Part shown: in pieces, positions 1 through 9,518 of the stretch
Position numbering within the stretch: position 1 is the first letter of the stretch
Layout of the letters: every line of letters starts with the position of its first letter
NCBI GenBank assembly: GCA_963667845.2
Contig: CAXXVL010000001.1
Coordinates: forward strand, 416,001-480,000
DNA from: Smithellaceae bacterium
Lineage (GTDB): Bacteria > Desulfobacterota > Syntrophia > Syntrophales > Smithellaceae
Reading direction: 5' to 3'
DNA length: 64,000 nt
The notes under the pieces: generated by a model
The model's input: the letters and a program-made list of their open reading frames with translations, nothing else
Databases searched by the model: none
What the model was told of the DNA's origin: nothing
Translations under genes and position numbers: made by a program

Positions 1-186
1 AATCGTGCTGCAAAGAACGCGGGCTTTTTCATCATTATCCCTTTTGGGGGAGCGTTAACGAACGTTGGTGTGATTTTTCTTATCACAAGTCACCGAACAA
101 CCATAGCGTAAAGCGGCGCGTCGTCAGGCAGGCAGAAGAGAAAACGACCGGCGCATGTTTGATGGCGCAAAGTGCCGGGGGCGGTG

Positions 187-367
187 GCAGTTGAACCGGG
201 GCATCCCATCGCTCAGCATGCCCTACAACTGTGGCTCTAAGGCTCGCGGAGCGAGAGCCGAAAACTCGCCCTGCGGGCTCAGACAGTTCGGCTCTCTTTT
301 GCTCCATTTCGCCAAGAGCCACAATATTTCGGGCATATTCGCTCATGGCATGCCCCGGTTCAACTGC
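187..367. repeat. ~180-nt nested inverted-repeat (long hairpin) element
   Basis: GCAGTTGAACCGGGGCAT (187-204) is the exact reverse complement of 350-367. Inner stems are 218-223/331-336, 230-238/315-323, 248-252/301-305 and 253-262/287-296. Apical region AACTCGCCCTGCGGGCTCAGACAG. Confidence 0.85.
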
Positions 368-580
368 TGTTTCTTCTTGCAATGTTTTTGAGAAGTTGTA
401 TATTGAGCGCCGGATTTCAAAAGAGCAGTAGCTTCACATTTGTCAGTTCAATTATCCTCGAAAGGAAGCGCAGGGTGATTAAATGAGACATCTCAAAACG
501 GCATCATAAAATAGTTAGCAAATACAAAATACTAATGAGTGGCTGAAAAATGATTTTTCAAGACCCCATTCTTTGACCCT

Positions 581-3500
581 ATGGTAAGTGAAAGAAATCC
601 AATACAAAACCCTGCTTGGCTAAATTCGCCACCAGAACCAACTTTTCCCCTGCCTCCGACAGCTACTCGTGCACAAACATTACCTTATCATGAGCTTTCT
701 TGGGAAAATTTCGAACGGCTGATTCTTCGAGTTGTTCGACGAGAGGCAACCGTTGCCGAATGTTGGGTCTATGGTGAACGTGGCCAAGAACAATATGGAT
801 TGGATATCTTAGCCGAATTGCGTAACGCCCCAGGTGAGTTTGCGTGTTACCAATGCAAACAAGTTAAAAAGTTCTCTGCAACTGATATCAAGAATGCCGT
901 TAATAAATTCCTTCAAGGCAAATGGGCCTGTACGACAAAACGCTTTGTCCTATGTACCTCATTGCAACTTACCAAAACCAACCAGGTTACTGAAATTTCA
1001 AAACAAAGGGATGCGCTCAAAGCGAAAGGAATTGAGTTTGTAACCTGGGACGGCACTGAAGCAGGGCATCTATCTGAGCATCTCAAAAAATACCCTGACT
1101 TGGTAGACGATTTCTTTCTTAGAGAATGGGTTCGTCTCTTCAATGGTTCGGATGCGGCAGATTCCCTCGGTGAAAGGCTTGATGGAGGGAACTTAGCGGA
1201 ACTCCGCGTTCAACTTCGGGATATCTACTCAACATTGTTCCATCGAAACGATCAAGGGATTCGCCTAGGCAACAGTCGGACATTGCCGCTGCTGGATCGA
1301 TACATTTCTCCAGCAGTTATCGAAAGAAAGGAAGTTTTCGCAACTCGTGGGGTACTGGCAGGAAGCATGGCTAGTTCGAAAGACCAATCGTATTCCGAGG
1401 GACGACAGGAAGAAAGTCAAGGTCGATCAACTCTAGTGACGACAATCCAAGAACTGCGAACACCTGTTGGAGATTGGCTTTCTCGGCATAATAGATCAGT
1501 AATTCTGGGCGATCCTGGATATGGGAAAAGCGTATTATTACGTATTGTCGCACTGCAACTGTTGAACGGTTTGGACGATCCATTTTCTTTGCCGTGGCAT
1601 GGTTTTTTACCGGTTTGGATTTCATTTGGTGGGTTTAGCGCAGCGATCCAGCGCCAAAATGGTATCAGCCTTGAAGACTATTTTGACCAATGGTTACATC
1701 AGCATGGTGCTGATCACATTCGCCCATTGTTTCGGAGGGCAGTCATACACGGAGAGATATTGCTTTTGATAGATGGCTTGGATGAAGGCCAAAATTTACA
1801 TGCCGCCCAACAAGCCATGGACCGGCTCAGCACCTTCTTATCAATTCGTCCAATCCCCGCTGTTTTTACTAGCCGACCACGAGGTTATACGCAGGTGCGC
1901 CCCGATAGCGCCTGGCCCTTGGCACGGCTGGCATCATTCGACGAACCACAAATCGAATGCTTCGCTCGTTCTTGGTTCAAACACTTAGAAACTCCAGAAA
2001 CTGCCGCCGAAAAGGGACCTAATTGGGAAGAGTTCAGTACAGAACAACGGAAGGATGAATTTCTGAAAGCCATTCGTTCTAACCCTAGCATAATAGATTT
2101 AGCCCGAACTCCTCTCTTCTGCCAGTTGTTGATAGACGTCTTTCGCTTCTCCCATCATTTACCTGAGCAACGCATCAAGGTCTATGACAAAATCATTGAC
2201 CTGCTTTTGTCGGATCACCCCATGGCGCGCGTTCAGGCTGCCGGAATATTGGATCTTTCCGCATATGCACCAAGGACGGAGGATATGCGCGAAATGTTGA
2301 TTCGTTTGGCACTTCATATTCAATTTGAAGGCGGTGCCGGTGTAATCTCTGCTAAGGATTGCCAAACCGTATTTTATGATTTCCTGACAGATGATATCAA
2401 TGGCCCTGGATATTCACTATATGAAGCACAGCATCGGGCTAAATCCGTTATTGACTATGCACAAACGGGTTTGGGCTTGATAGTGGAGAGAGCTCCTAAC
2501 GAGTTGGGCTTTTTTCACACTACTATGCAGGAATATTTGGCCGCACAAGCTATGGTTCGTAAGGAAGAACAAGAGCAGATAGATTGGCTGGCTGGTGTTT
2601 GGGATCAACCCCGGTGGCATGAAGTTGTTCTCGCCTGGTTCAGCATAATGGGTGCCGTACAAGGGAAAACAACCACACAGCGTGCAATCGACCATCTCAA
2701 GCAGGCTGCGGCAGGTCCTTGGGCAAAACTACAACTCTTACGCTTGCGTGTCGAACTTGCCGCCAGCGATTTTGGTTTGTCGCCACGCGAGGCAAGAGCC
2801 ACTATCGAAGAGGCAGCGAATCAAGTCGAAACCATACCATTCCCTGAAATACGACAAGAGATGGCTCGCTACATTGCTCTCGGTCTTCGTTCATCTTCTG
2901 TCGCCTGTCAATGTGAAGAACGAATTGCTAACTGGGTGCCCGCACGGTCGGAATGGGCAAGGGCCAATCTTTTACAAGTATTTGGTAACTGGCAAATGTC
3001 TAAAGACCTGCTGAGCACCCTCAAGTTGGCTTTACATGACGAAAGCGGACAGTGCCGCTGGGCAGCTGCCGAGACCATAGCAAAGGTATTCGCATCTGAT
3101 GTGACAGTTGGTGAACATTTGGTTACAATAGCAACAAATTGGCCAGATACGGGTGTTCGTGCGGCAGCGCTGCATGGGTTAGGGCTGGGTTGGCCAAAGC
3201 ATGAAGCATTGAATGACTTGACCGACGCCGCCAGCAGCTCAAACGATATGGACTTGGCATTGACCGGTATCTCGCTTCGAGTTGCGAACCACCGGCATGA
3301 TGACCATGACCGCCAGAGGATTTGGTTCATGTTTACCCACGGCAGCGTATCTTATGAGATGCGTGAATTTTGCCGCATGACGTTGATACAGGGGTGGAGT
3401 AAAGATGAAGAATTCAAACAATTAGGAATGGAGGCGCTTCGCAATCGTTGGAGGAACGACATAAGATTTGAGGAACAGCAAATTCTTTTCTTTCTGACTG

Positions 3501-5515
3501 AATCGTGGCCTGGAGATAGCGATGTCGGAAACAGTATTGCGGCCTGGTTTAAGAGTCTTTCCGGAACTTTTCTCATTCATGAGCATAATAAATGGGAAAG
3601 CCTCTTTAAAGGTTTTCGATGTAATAGGGAACTGTCCTATGTTCTCAAAAATGCTTTGGCGGATAGGAAAGCAAAGTATCCCTCAATTTTTTGGGGTCCT
3701 GAGGAGAAATGGGCATACTGTGTGATCGGCGATAATAATGCCAAGTTGGATGTACTCAATGCCTACTCTTCTGTGAATGGCAATATAAACAAGTATTGGA
3801 TCGTATCGACCCTCATGGAAGCATGGCCCGACGATATTGACGTCAGAGAATTACTCAGCCATGAATTTCAGCGATTGCCCGGAGAAGTAGCCTTCCTTGC
3901 AAAATGGATTGATGCTTTCATGCCGGAACCTGAAAAACGCCGTGCATGGCTTCTCGAAGCAGTGAGACAATCTGATCTTCGCTCTTTCAGAAATCCAGTT
4001 AACCGCCTCTTGATGGAATTCCACGATGAGAAATGTCTGGAAACGTTGCTTGCGGTTCTCGAGAAGGACATCTGGTATTATGACAAGATAGAAATTGAAA
4101 ACCAGCTCATTGAGAACTTTCCGCACGTACCGAAGGTTCGCCAATTGGCAGAGTCATCTTTTGTTGAAATAGATGGCCCCGCTTTATCTTCCGTTGCCAG
4201 AGGATATCAACAAGACCCACTTATCCGTAATCGGCTAATGAGAACCGCACGTCCTGCCAAAGCCGACGTGAGAAGAGAAATCTTCAGAGTATTTCGAGAA
4301 TACTCGATCCCCAGAGATAAGGGATTGCAACTGACTGAGGATATATGGGCCGAAGAAAAAGGTGAGATTCGCAGTGCTGGTGTAGTCGCACGTTGCATGA
4401 TGGTATCTCAAAGTCCGGAGCTGAAAGTGTCGTTGGTGACAAAACTGCAAGCGGAAATAAAATCTCTCGGCACTTACTTTGAGATGCGTCGACGTGCAGC
4501 CTTCGCTGGTTTTCTGCAACTGGGCGAATACGCTTATTGCATCGAAGTAATTTCAGAGAAATCACCATCATCTACCTATTGGCTGGCCGATTATCATGAC
4601 ACCGATGCTGTTACAGGTCATATGTTGTTCGAACATTGGGATAAATTATATGAAGCCTTGGGGAAACAAACCATGGCTTTTGATATGCCCTGGGGAGCAC
4701 TTGTTTACAATGGGACAGTGAGAGAAGCTTTATCTATCAGTACGGCCCGTGTTAAATTGATAGATTATTTGAAGACAATGAGACCGGTGGACCAATCGGC
4801 AGAAAGCCTTGCACTCATGGCTGAGTTGCTGCCAAATTCTGGTGAACTTCGCTCCTGCTTGATCGAAACTATCAAAGAAGGGAACCGTGGTAATATCTCC
4901 TATGAGGCTCAGAAGATTCTAGCCGAGCAATTTGGTGGTGACGAGCAAATATTGATGGAGCTTCAAGAGTCTTGGACTAAACATAACTGGCCTTCTACGA
5001 TACATCCACCATTTCTTTATGCATTAATACTTGGCTGGCCGAACAGTCCTTTGCTTCACCCTTATTTAGGGCAGCATGATTTACCAGATGATTTTCCACT
5101 AATTTTTGCAATAGCTTTATGTGGGATCACTGGTAAGGAGAATCATGCCTTAGCCTGCATTGATTCAATGATTCGAATTTCGCTAAGAGACGGTAGAGCG
5201 TTGCCTGATATCTATTTGCAATGTTTGCTCAACTGGACACATTCACCTAACGCAGAAAAACTTTTGCGATGTTTAATTAATGATCAGCACCCGTCGCGCA
5301 AGATCACTGCAATAGGGCTACTTTCTACTATTGGGAAACTTACCAATGAAGACCGTATGATGTTTGTGCGGCAGTTTGATGATTTGTTCGGGGATACTGC
5401 GAAGTCTTGCCCAGACGGATTATCCTTAATAAATTGTGCAGTTATGACGCTACCTCAAGCAATATTCCGCTTTTTAAATCCATCACTAAATAATGATTAT
5501 AGGGGTGACTTCTAA
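581..5515 (+). CDS. NLR-like STAND/NACHT NTPase with N-terminal Mrr-like restriction-endonuclease domain and C-terminal HEAT-like repeats (candidate antiphage protein)
   Basis: N-terminal 'WENFERL...QYGLDI...YQCK' nuclease motif; Walker A GDPGYGKS; Walker B LLLIDGLDE; TSRPRGY; PLFCQLL; winged-helix FFHTTMQEYLAA; helical repeats such as 'ALHDESGQCRWAAAETIAK' and 'PDTGVRAAALHGLG'. Confidence 0.85.
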   Translation: MVSERNPIQNPAWLNSPPEPTFPLPPTATRAQTLPYHELSWENFERLILRVVRREATVAECWVYGERGQEQYGLDILAELRNAPGEFACYQCKQVKKFSATDIKNAVNKFLQGKWACTTKRFVLCTSLQLTKTNQVTEISKQRDALKAKGIEFVTWDGTEAGHLSEHLKKYPDLVDDFFLREWVRLFNGSDAADSLGERLDGGNLAELRVQLRDIYSTLFHRNDQGIRLGNSRTLPLLDRYISPAVIERKEVFATRGVLAGSMASSKDQSYSEGRQEESQGRSTLVTTIQELRTPVGDWLSRHNRSVILGDPGYGKSVLLRIVALQLLNGLDDPFSLPWHGFLPVWISFGGFSAAIQRQNGISLEDYFDQWLHQHGADHIRPLFRRAVIHGEILLLIDGLDEGQNLHAAQQAMDRLSTFLSIRPIPAVFTSRPRGYTQVRPDSAWPLARLASFDEPQIECFARSWFKHLETPETAAEKGPNWEEFSTEQRKDEFLKAIRSNPSIIDLARTPLFCQLLIDVFRFSHHLPEQRIKVYDKIIDLLLSDHPMARVQAAGILDLSAYAPRTEDMREMLIRLALHIQFEGGAGVISAKDCQTVFYDFLTDDINGPGYSLYEAQHRAKSVIDYAQTGLGLIVERAPNELGFFHTTMQEYLAAQAMVRKEEQEQIDWLAGVWDQPRWHEVVLAWFSIMGAVQGKTTTQRAIDHLKQAAAGPWAKLQLLRLRVELAASDFGLSPREARATIEEAANQVETIPFPEIRQEMARYIALGLRSSSVACQCEERIANWVPARSEWARANLLQVFGNWQMSKDLLSTLKLALHDESGQCRWAAAETIAKVFASDVTVGEHLVTIATNWPDTGVRAAALHGLGLGWPKHEALNDLTDAASSSNDMDLALTGISLRVANHRHDDHDRQRIWFMFTHGSVSYEMREFCRMTLIQGWSKDEEFKQLGMEALRNRWRNDIRFEEQQILFFLTESWPGDSDVGNSIAAWFKSLSGTFLIHEHNKWESLFKGFRCNRELSYVLKNALADRKAKYPSIFWGPEEKWAYCVIGDNNAKLDVLNAYSSVNGNINKYWIVSTLMEAWPDDIDVRELLSHEFQRLPGEVAFLAKWIDAFMPEPEKRRAWLLEAVRQSDLRSFRNPVNRLLMEFHDEKCLETLLAVLEKDIWYYDKIEIENQLIENFPHVPKVRQLAESSFVEIDGPALSSVARGYQQDPLIRNRLMRTARPAKADVRREIFRVFREYSIPRDKGLQLTEDIWAEEKGEIRSAGVVARCMMVSQSPELKVSLVTKLQAEIKSLGTYFEMRRRAAFAGFLQLGEYAYCIEVISEKSPSSTYWLADYHDTDAVTGHMLFEHWDKLYEALGKQTMAFDMPWGALVYNGTVREALSISTARVKLIDYLKTMRPVDQSAESLALMAELLPNSGELRSCLIETIKEGNRGNISYEAQKILAEQFGGDEQILMELQESWTKHNWPSTIHPPFLYALILGWPNSPLLHPYLGQHDLPDDFPLIFAIALCGITGKENHALACIDSMIRISLRDGRALPDIYLQCLLNWTHSPNAEKLLRCLINDQHPSRKITAIGLLSTIGKLTNEDRMMFVRQFDDLFGDTAKSCPDGLSLINCAVMTLPQAIFRFLNPSLNNDYRGDF

Positions 5516-5578
5516 TCTATTTTGCCTCTGATGGTTAGAAAAGTGTCTATGAAGCGAGCGGGACGCTCGTAAAGTAAT

Positions 5579-5667
5579 AAGTTTCTAAAAGATAACGTTC
5601 TTCAACACATCACTTACCGAGCATTGGAACAGGATTGGGATCACTTCTTCCAGGCTTTGATGTTCAA
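5579..5667. repeat. diverged ~88-bp intergenic direct repeat, copy 1 (copy 2 at 7997-8084)
   Basis: Shared blocks AAGTTTCTAAAA, ACGTTCTTCA, ATTGGAACAGGATT, TCACTTCTTCCAGG and TTGATGTTCAA in the same order. Confidence 0.85.
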
Positions 5668-5671
5668 GGGG

Positions 5672-5695
5672 GCCATTGGGGGCGTCCCCAATGGC
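5672..5695 (-). terminator. perfect 10-bp stem hairpin just after the small 5701-5862 gene
   Basis: GCCATTGGGG-gcgt-CCCCAATGGC. No strong U-tract, so the terminator role is uncertain. Confidence 0.45.
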
Positions 5696-5700
5696 GCACA

Positions 5701-5862
5701 TTACGGTATTTTTTCGCATCTTCCATTCGCGTAAATAGCAGCCCTGCCGTCGTGATCGGGATGGCATAGGACGGGCTTCGTGTAACATTGGCAGTTCAAT
5801 ACTGATAATAGGATTATTAAGCTGATGACCGATATCACCGCCATAGAAATTTTCCTTTTCAT
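5701..5862 (-). CDS. 53-aa secreted or lipoprotein-like Cys-containing small protein (not in ORF track)
   Basis: RBS-like AAAGGGG, then MKRKISMAVISVISLIILLSVLNCQCYTKPVLCHPDHDGRAAIYANGRCEKIP*. Basic n-region, hydrophobic h-region, 4 Cys, followed by a hairpin. Confidence 0.6.
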   Translation of the reverse strand: MKRKISMAVISVISLIILLSVLNCQCYTKPVLCHPDHDGRAAIYANGRCEKIP

Positions 5863-6121
5863 ATTTACCCCTTTCTTTATTCCATCGCTTGACCTGTCTT
5901 AGTTTTATACAGCGCATTAGCCATTTCTCTAGCGAGGGCAGGATGATGTTCCGCTTGATCCCAGGAGTGCAGTACTGTTTAAGACTGAAATTGAATGGTG
6001 ATAGCAGTGCCCGGACTTTTATTAAAATATGGAGAGGATAGTATAATGTCAATTGATAGAATTATACTACAGCATGGCAAGCCTTCATGGGTTTTGTTTT
6101 TAGGTAATCATTGCAGGAAGA

Positions 6122-6150
6122 CGGGGCGACACAACACTTAATTATTTTTT
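6122..6150 (+). repeat. solo RAYT-element-like end motif GGGG(C)GACAYAACACTTAATT
   Basis: Near-identical to 10404-10432 and similar to the termini of 52914-53178. Confidence 0.6.
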
Positions 6151-6179
6151 TCACGATGAGGGAACCCGAGGGACGCCCT

Positions 6180-6809
6180 CTATCTCTCGATTATCAGCCG
6201 TCGGAAATTCTCGCGAAGGCTCTCGCCGATTGTTTTATCTTCACCAAGATTATCGAGGGCAAACGCAATTGCTTCGATTGTGGAAAGGCCCCCCTCGCGG
6301 GTTTGCGCGCGGAGCGACGCATGCGCGGGGTTCAGTGAGATGCGGTTTAGTTTCAGGAACCAGGGATTGCGCCACCACAGCGTTTTTGCCTGCTTCCATG
6401 ACCCGTCAAGTGCGATGATCCCTTTCAGAAATCCGGAATCGGTGATGCGCTGTTTCTTCCGGTCCAAAATGGCGACGGGTGGATCCGAGGCATTGCCTTT
6501 GCTGTCAAGAAACAGGATTCCCCATTGTGAAGGCATTGCGGATTCCCCCGCAACCGACTTGAATCCGTTCCAGGAGAGGCCGACACGAACGTCGCTGTTC
6601 TTCAGCATGATGTTGGTGAGCCAGGCGGAATTGAGCTCTTTGTATTGTTCCTGCGGGTGCTGAAGAATGATCACAGAGATTCGGTTCTCGAGAACCGGCG
6701 CCTTTGCGCAGAGGCACTCATCCTGGTCCCGGTGGCATTTCGGACATGCCCGCTGGCGGTCGATTTTCCGGTGCACTCTGGGATCCCGGAATTTGACGGA
6801 TTGGACCAT
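6180..6809 (-). CDS. tapT: DTW-domain tRNA-uridine aminocarboxypropyltransferase
   Basis: CxxC-x6-CLC zinc motif, 'ILQHPQE', 'DGSWKQAK', 'LSTIEA'. Confidence 0.85.
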   Translation of the reverse strand: MVQSVKFRDPRVHRKIDRQRACPKCHRDQDECLCAKAPVLENRISVIILQHPQEQYKELNSAWLTNIMLKNSDVRVGLSWNGFKSVAGESAMPSQWGILFLDSKGNASDPPVAILDRKKQRITDSGFLKGIIALDGSWKQAKTLWWRNPWFLKLNRISLNPAHASLRAQTREGGLSTIEAIAFALDNLGEDKTIGESLRENFRRLIIER

Positions 6810-6908
6810 GATTTTCCTTTTGACGCTGTTCTTGGGGCAATGGCTTTACGGTGGAATATTTTTTTCAGTGCAGAATCATTTGATAAAAACTTCCTTTTCG
6901 TAGCGTGA

Positions 6909-6937
6909 AGTATAAGAAACGCGGTCTTGTATGTCAA
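6909..6937 (-). promoter_or_regulatory. sigma-70 promoter for the DTW gene
   Basis: TTGACA-N17-TATACT on the minus strand. Confidence 0.75.
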
Positions 6938-7132
6938 GGGGGAACCAATGTGGATAAGGGTCTCCCCTCTAGCCTCCTCTAGCCCACTAACCCATTATAC
7001 GGCTGTGTATTGCCAGGATGCAAATGGTGGTTAAATTATGATCGGGATATCGATATGACAACAGAAGATTAAACCATTTCATTTAAGGACGGACTCCTCA
7101 ATCCGGGGTCCGTTTGGAAAAGAGTAAGAGAT

Positions 7133-7969
7133 ATGACTGAAAAAACAAGAAAGCGACGGGATCGGGGGAGATTGTCTTTTCTTGTCCTGCTCACGATCGT
7201 TTTCTCAGCGGTATTGGTACCGATCTTAACTGCAACGGTCGAGGGAAAAACCGTGTGCCCTATACCCCAGAAAGGGAGCATTCCCATGAAGCAGTCCAAA
7301 CAGAATGAGGCGTTGCCCAGCAGGGTTTTGCCGCCGATAGACCTTATCAAACCGGCTGCAACGGAGATAGCCACCTTTGCCATGGGGTGATTCTGGGGTC
7401 CAGACGCCCGGTTCGGGCTTGTCAAAGGAGTTATCCGTACCCAGGTCGGCTATACCGGAGGAACCTCAAAGGATCCAACCTATACCCTGCTGGGAGACCA
7501 CAGTGAATCCATCCGGATCGAATACGATCCGAAAAGAGTTTCCTATGAGACGCTCTTGGAAATCTTCTGGAAAAATCACTCGCCAGGGGAACGATCTTAT
7601 TCACGTCAGTACGCAGCCTTCATCTTCTATCACAACGAAAAACAGAGGAAGGCGGCAATTGACTCCCGCAAGGCGGTGGCAATGACAATCAAGGGGCCCA
7701 TCTACACGGAAATCGTCCCGGCTTCAACGTTCTACCCGGCCGAAGCCTATCATCAGAAGTACGGGTTGCGGTCCGAGAAGGCGCTGATGCAGGAGTTCCG
7801 TTCTTTTTATCCGGAGGACGATCATTTCGTGGCCTCAACGGCAGCAGCAAGGGTAAATGGTTATGTCAGCGGTGACGGCACATCGGCGGAGCTGGAGATG
7901 GAACTCGCCTCTCTTGGTCTTTCGGAGGCGGGACGCCAGAGACTTCGCAGCATTGTAAAATCAAAGTAG
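7133..7969 (+). CDS. msrA: selenocysteine-containing peptide methionine sulfoxide reductase A (UGA at 7388-7390 read as Sec)
   Basis: ORFs 7133-7390 and 7556-7969 are in frame. Read-through gives ATFAMG-U-FWGPDARFG...VGYTGG...PTY...GDHSE...FYPAEAYHQKY, with Sec at the catalytic Cys of GCFWG. Alternative start at 7286. Confidence 0.92.
7403..7423 (+). promoter_or_regulatory. bacterial SECIS-like hairpin of msrA
   Basis: GAC-GCCCG-gtt-CGGGC-tt-GTC. The loop G is at +21 from the UGA. Confidence 0.7.
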
Positions 7970-7996
7970 GCGCCGACTGGCCACAAGTAAAATTTT

Positions 7997-8084
7997 AAGT
8001 TTCTAAAATCGACGTTCTTCACGACATCAATTTGCCGGGATTGGAACAGGATTCGGGTCACTTCTTCCAGGTGTTGATGTTCAA
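7997..8084. repeat. diverged ~88-bp intergenic direct repeat, copy 2
   Basis: Aligns with 5579-5667. Confidence 0.85.
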
Positions 8085-8089
8085 TGATG

Positions 8090-9283
8090 CTAGATGATCT
8101 TCTGCTCTTTGAATTTTTCTAAATCTTCCGTGTTGTATCCCAGGACATCACCATAAATGGAGTCGTTATCTTCACCAAGCAGTGATGCCCGCCTGGCTAC
8201 AGACCCGGGTGTCCGGGACAATTTAATCTCGACGCCCGGTACGGGAACAATCCCGCTTTCCGGATACTCAAGTTCAACAAGCATTTCCCGGGCCGATACC
8301 TGGGGAACTTTCAGCGAGGCGGGAACATCATTGACCGGTCCGCAGGGCAATCCCGCCTTGTCCAGTATGGCCATAACTTCGGCAACCGTCTTATCTTTAG
8401 TCCATTCCTCAATGACCACATCCACGTCCTGATAATTGCGGTATCGCGCAAGATTGTCTTTGAAACGTCGATCGGTAATCATGTCTTCGCGCTTAAGGAT
8501 TTGGCACATGCGCCGCCACATGCTATTGCCGACGATATTCATCACAACATAACCGTCTTTCGCCCGGGCACTGCAGCAATACGCGTAAAAGCCCCCGTTG
8601 CCTACGGGCTTCCTGATTTCCCCGTTGACCAGGTACTCGGAAGCGCAACCTGATGCCGCGGCCATCCCGAAAGCGACGTCGAAAAGCGCGACATCCACCA
8701 ATTGCCCCACTCCGCTGTGATAACGTTCATGCAGGGCCAGCATGGCGCCAAGCGCCGCCCGGGCTCCCGTATTGAAGTCGATAAAATTGAGACCCGGACG
8801 AAGTGGGGGATCGCCGGGATACCCCGTAAAGCTCATGATACCGGACATTGCCTGAGCAATGACGTCGAAACAGGGGCGTTCGGCATAGGGTCCTGTCTGT
8901 CCGAAACCGGATACGGCAACGACGATCAAGGCCGGATTAACTCCGCTCAATCGTTCATAATCGAAAACATTGGCTTCTTCCGTGCCTTTCGGGCTATTGT
9001 GGACCAGGATGTCTGTTTCTTTGACAAGCTCATCCAGAATTTGCCTGCCTTTGTCCGTCCGCAGATTCAATGTAATATTCTTTTTGTTCCGCTGATAAGA
9101 CAGGCCGCAAGTCATCGATTGACCATCCGGTGCGAAAGGCCCCAGTTCGCGGTCAACTTTTCCTCCCGGAGGTTCTACACGAATGACGTCCGCGCCATGA
9201 TCCGCCAGCATCATGCAACAATAGGGCGCCGCGATGTAGCCGCCCATGTCCAGCACCTTGATTCCATCAAGCGCTCGCTTCAC
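8090..9283 (-). CDS. CaiB/BaiF family (class III) CoA-transferase
   Basis: 'ALDGIKVLD...AAPYCCMMLADHGADVIRVEPP', 'RNKKNITLNL', 'SGFGQTGPY', 'FDVIAQAMSG'. GTG start chosen from RBS AAAGGA. Confidence 0.92.
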   Translation of the reverse strand: MKRALDGIKVLDMGGYIAAPYCCMMLADHGADVIRVEPPGGKVDRELGPFAPDGQSMTCGLSYQRNKKNITLNLRTDKGRQILDELVKETDILVHNSPKGTEEANVFDYERLSGVNPALIVVAVSGFGQTGPYAERPCFDVIAQAMSGIMSFTGYPGDPPLRPGLNFIDFNTGARAALGAMLALHERYHSGVGQLVDVALFDVAFGMAAASGCASEYLVNGEIRKPVGNGGFYAYCCSARAKDGYVVMNIVGNSMWRRMCQILKREDMITDRRFKDNLARYRNYQDVDVVIEEWTKDKTVAEVMAILDKAGLPCGPVNDVPASLKVPQVSAREMLVELEYPESGIVPVPGVEIKLSRTPGSVARRASLLGEDNDSIYGDVLGYNTEDLEKFKEQKII

Positions 9284-9518
9284 GATTAAATCCTTTCTGA
9301 ACTGAGGGGATGCCCCATGAATTCTAAGTTTCCAAGGGGCAACGTTCTGCAAAGCACCTTAGCATCTTTTCGGGTTTCTCTCTATCATGTCTAGGACCAA
9401 GCGGGACGCCCTTAAGCAATACATTCATGGATCTGCCAGGCTTGATGCCCATGGGACGAGACACCCAGACGCTGTTCACTTATGACTCCTGAGAAGTAAA
9501 CCCGCTTTTTTTGTCTTC

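Noticed and set aside
83..431. Three overlapping short ORFs in the track
   Set aside because: They overlie the GC-rich palindrome and show no RBS or recognisable motif.
5585..6052. 155-aa ORF
   Set aside because: No family motif. It runs through a hairpin and a repeat, and the 53-aa ORF in another frame has an RBS and signal peptide.
7133..7969. msrA as a nonsense pseudogene or two genes
   Set aside because: The stop is UGA exactly at the catalytic Cys with a SECIS-like hairpin, and a second such gene occurs in the window.
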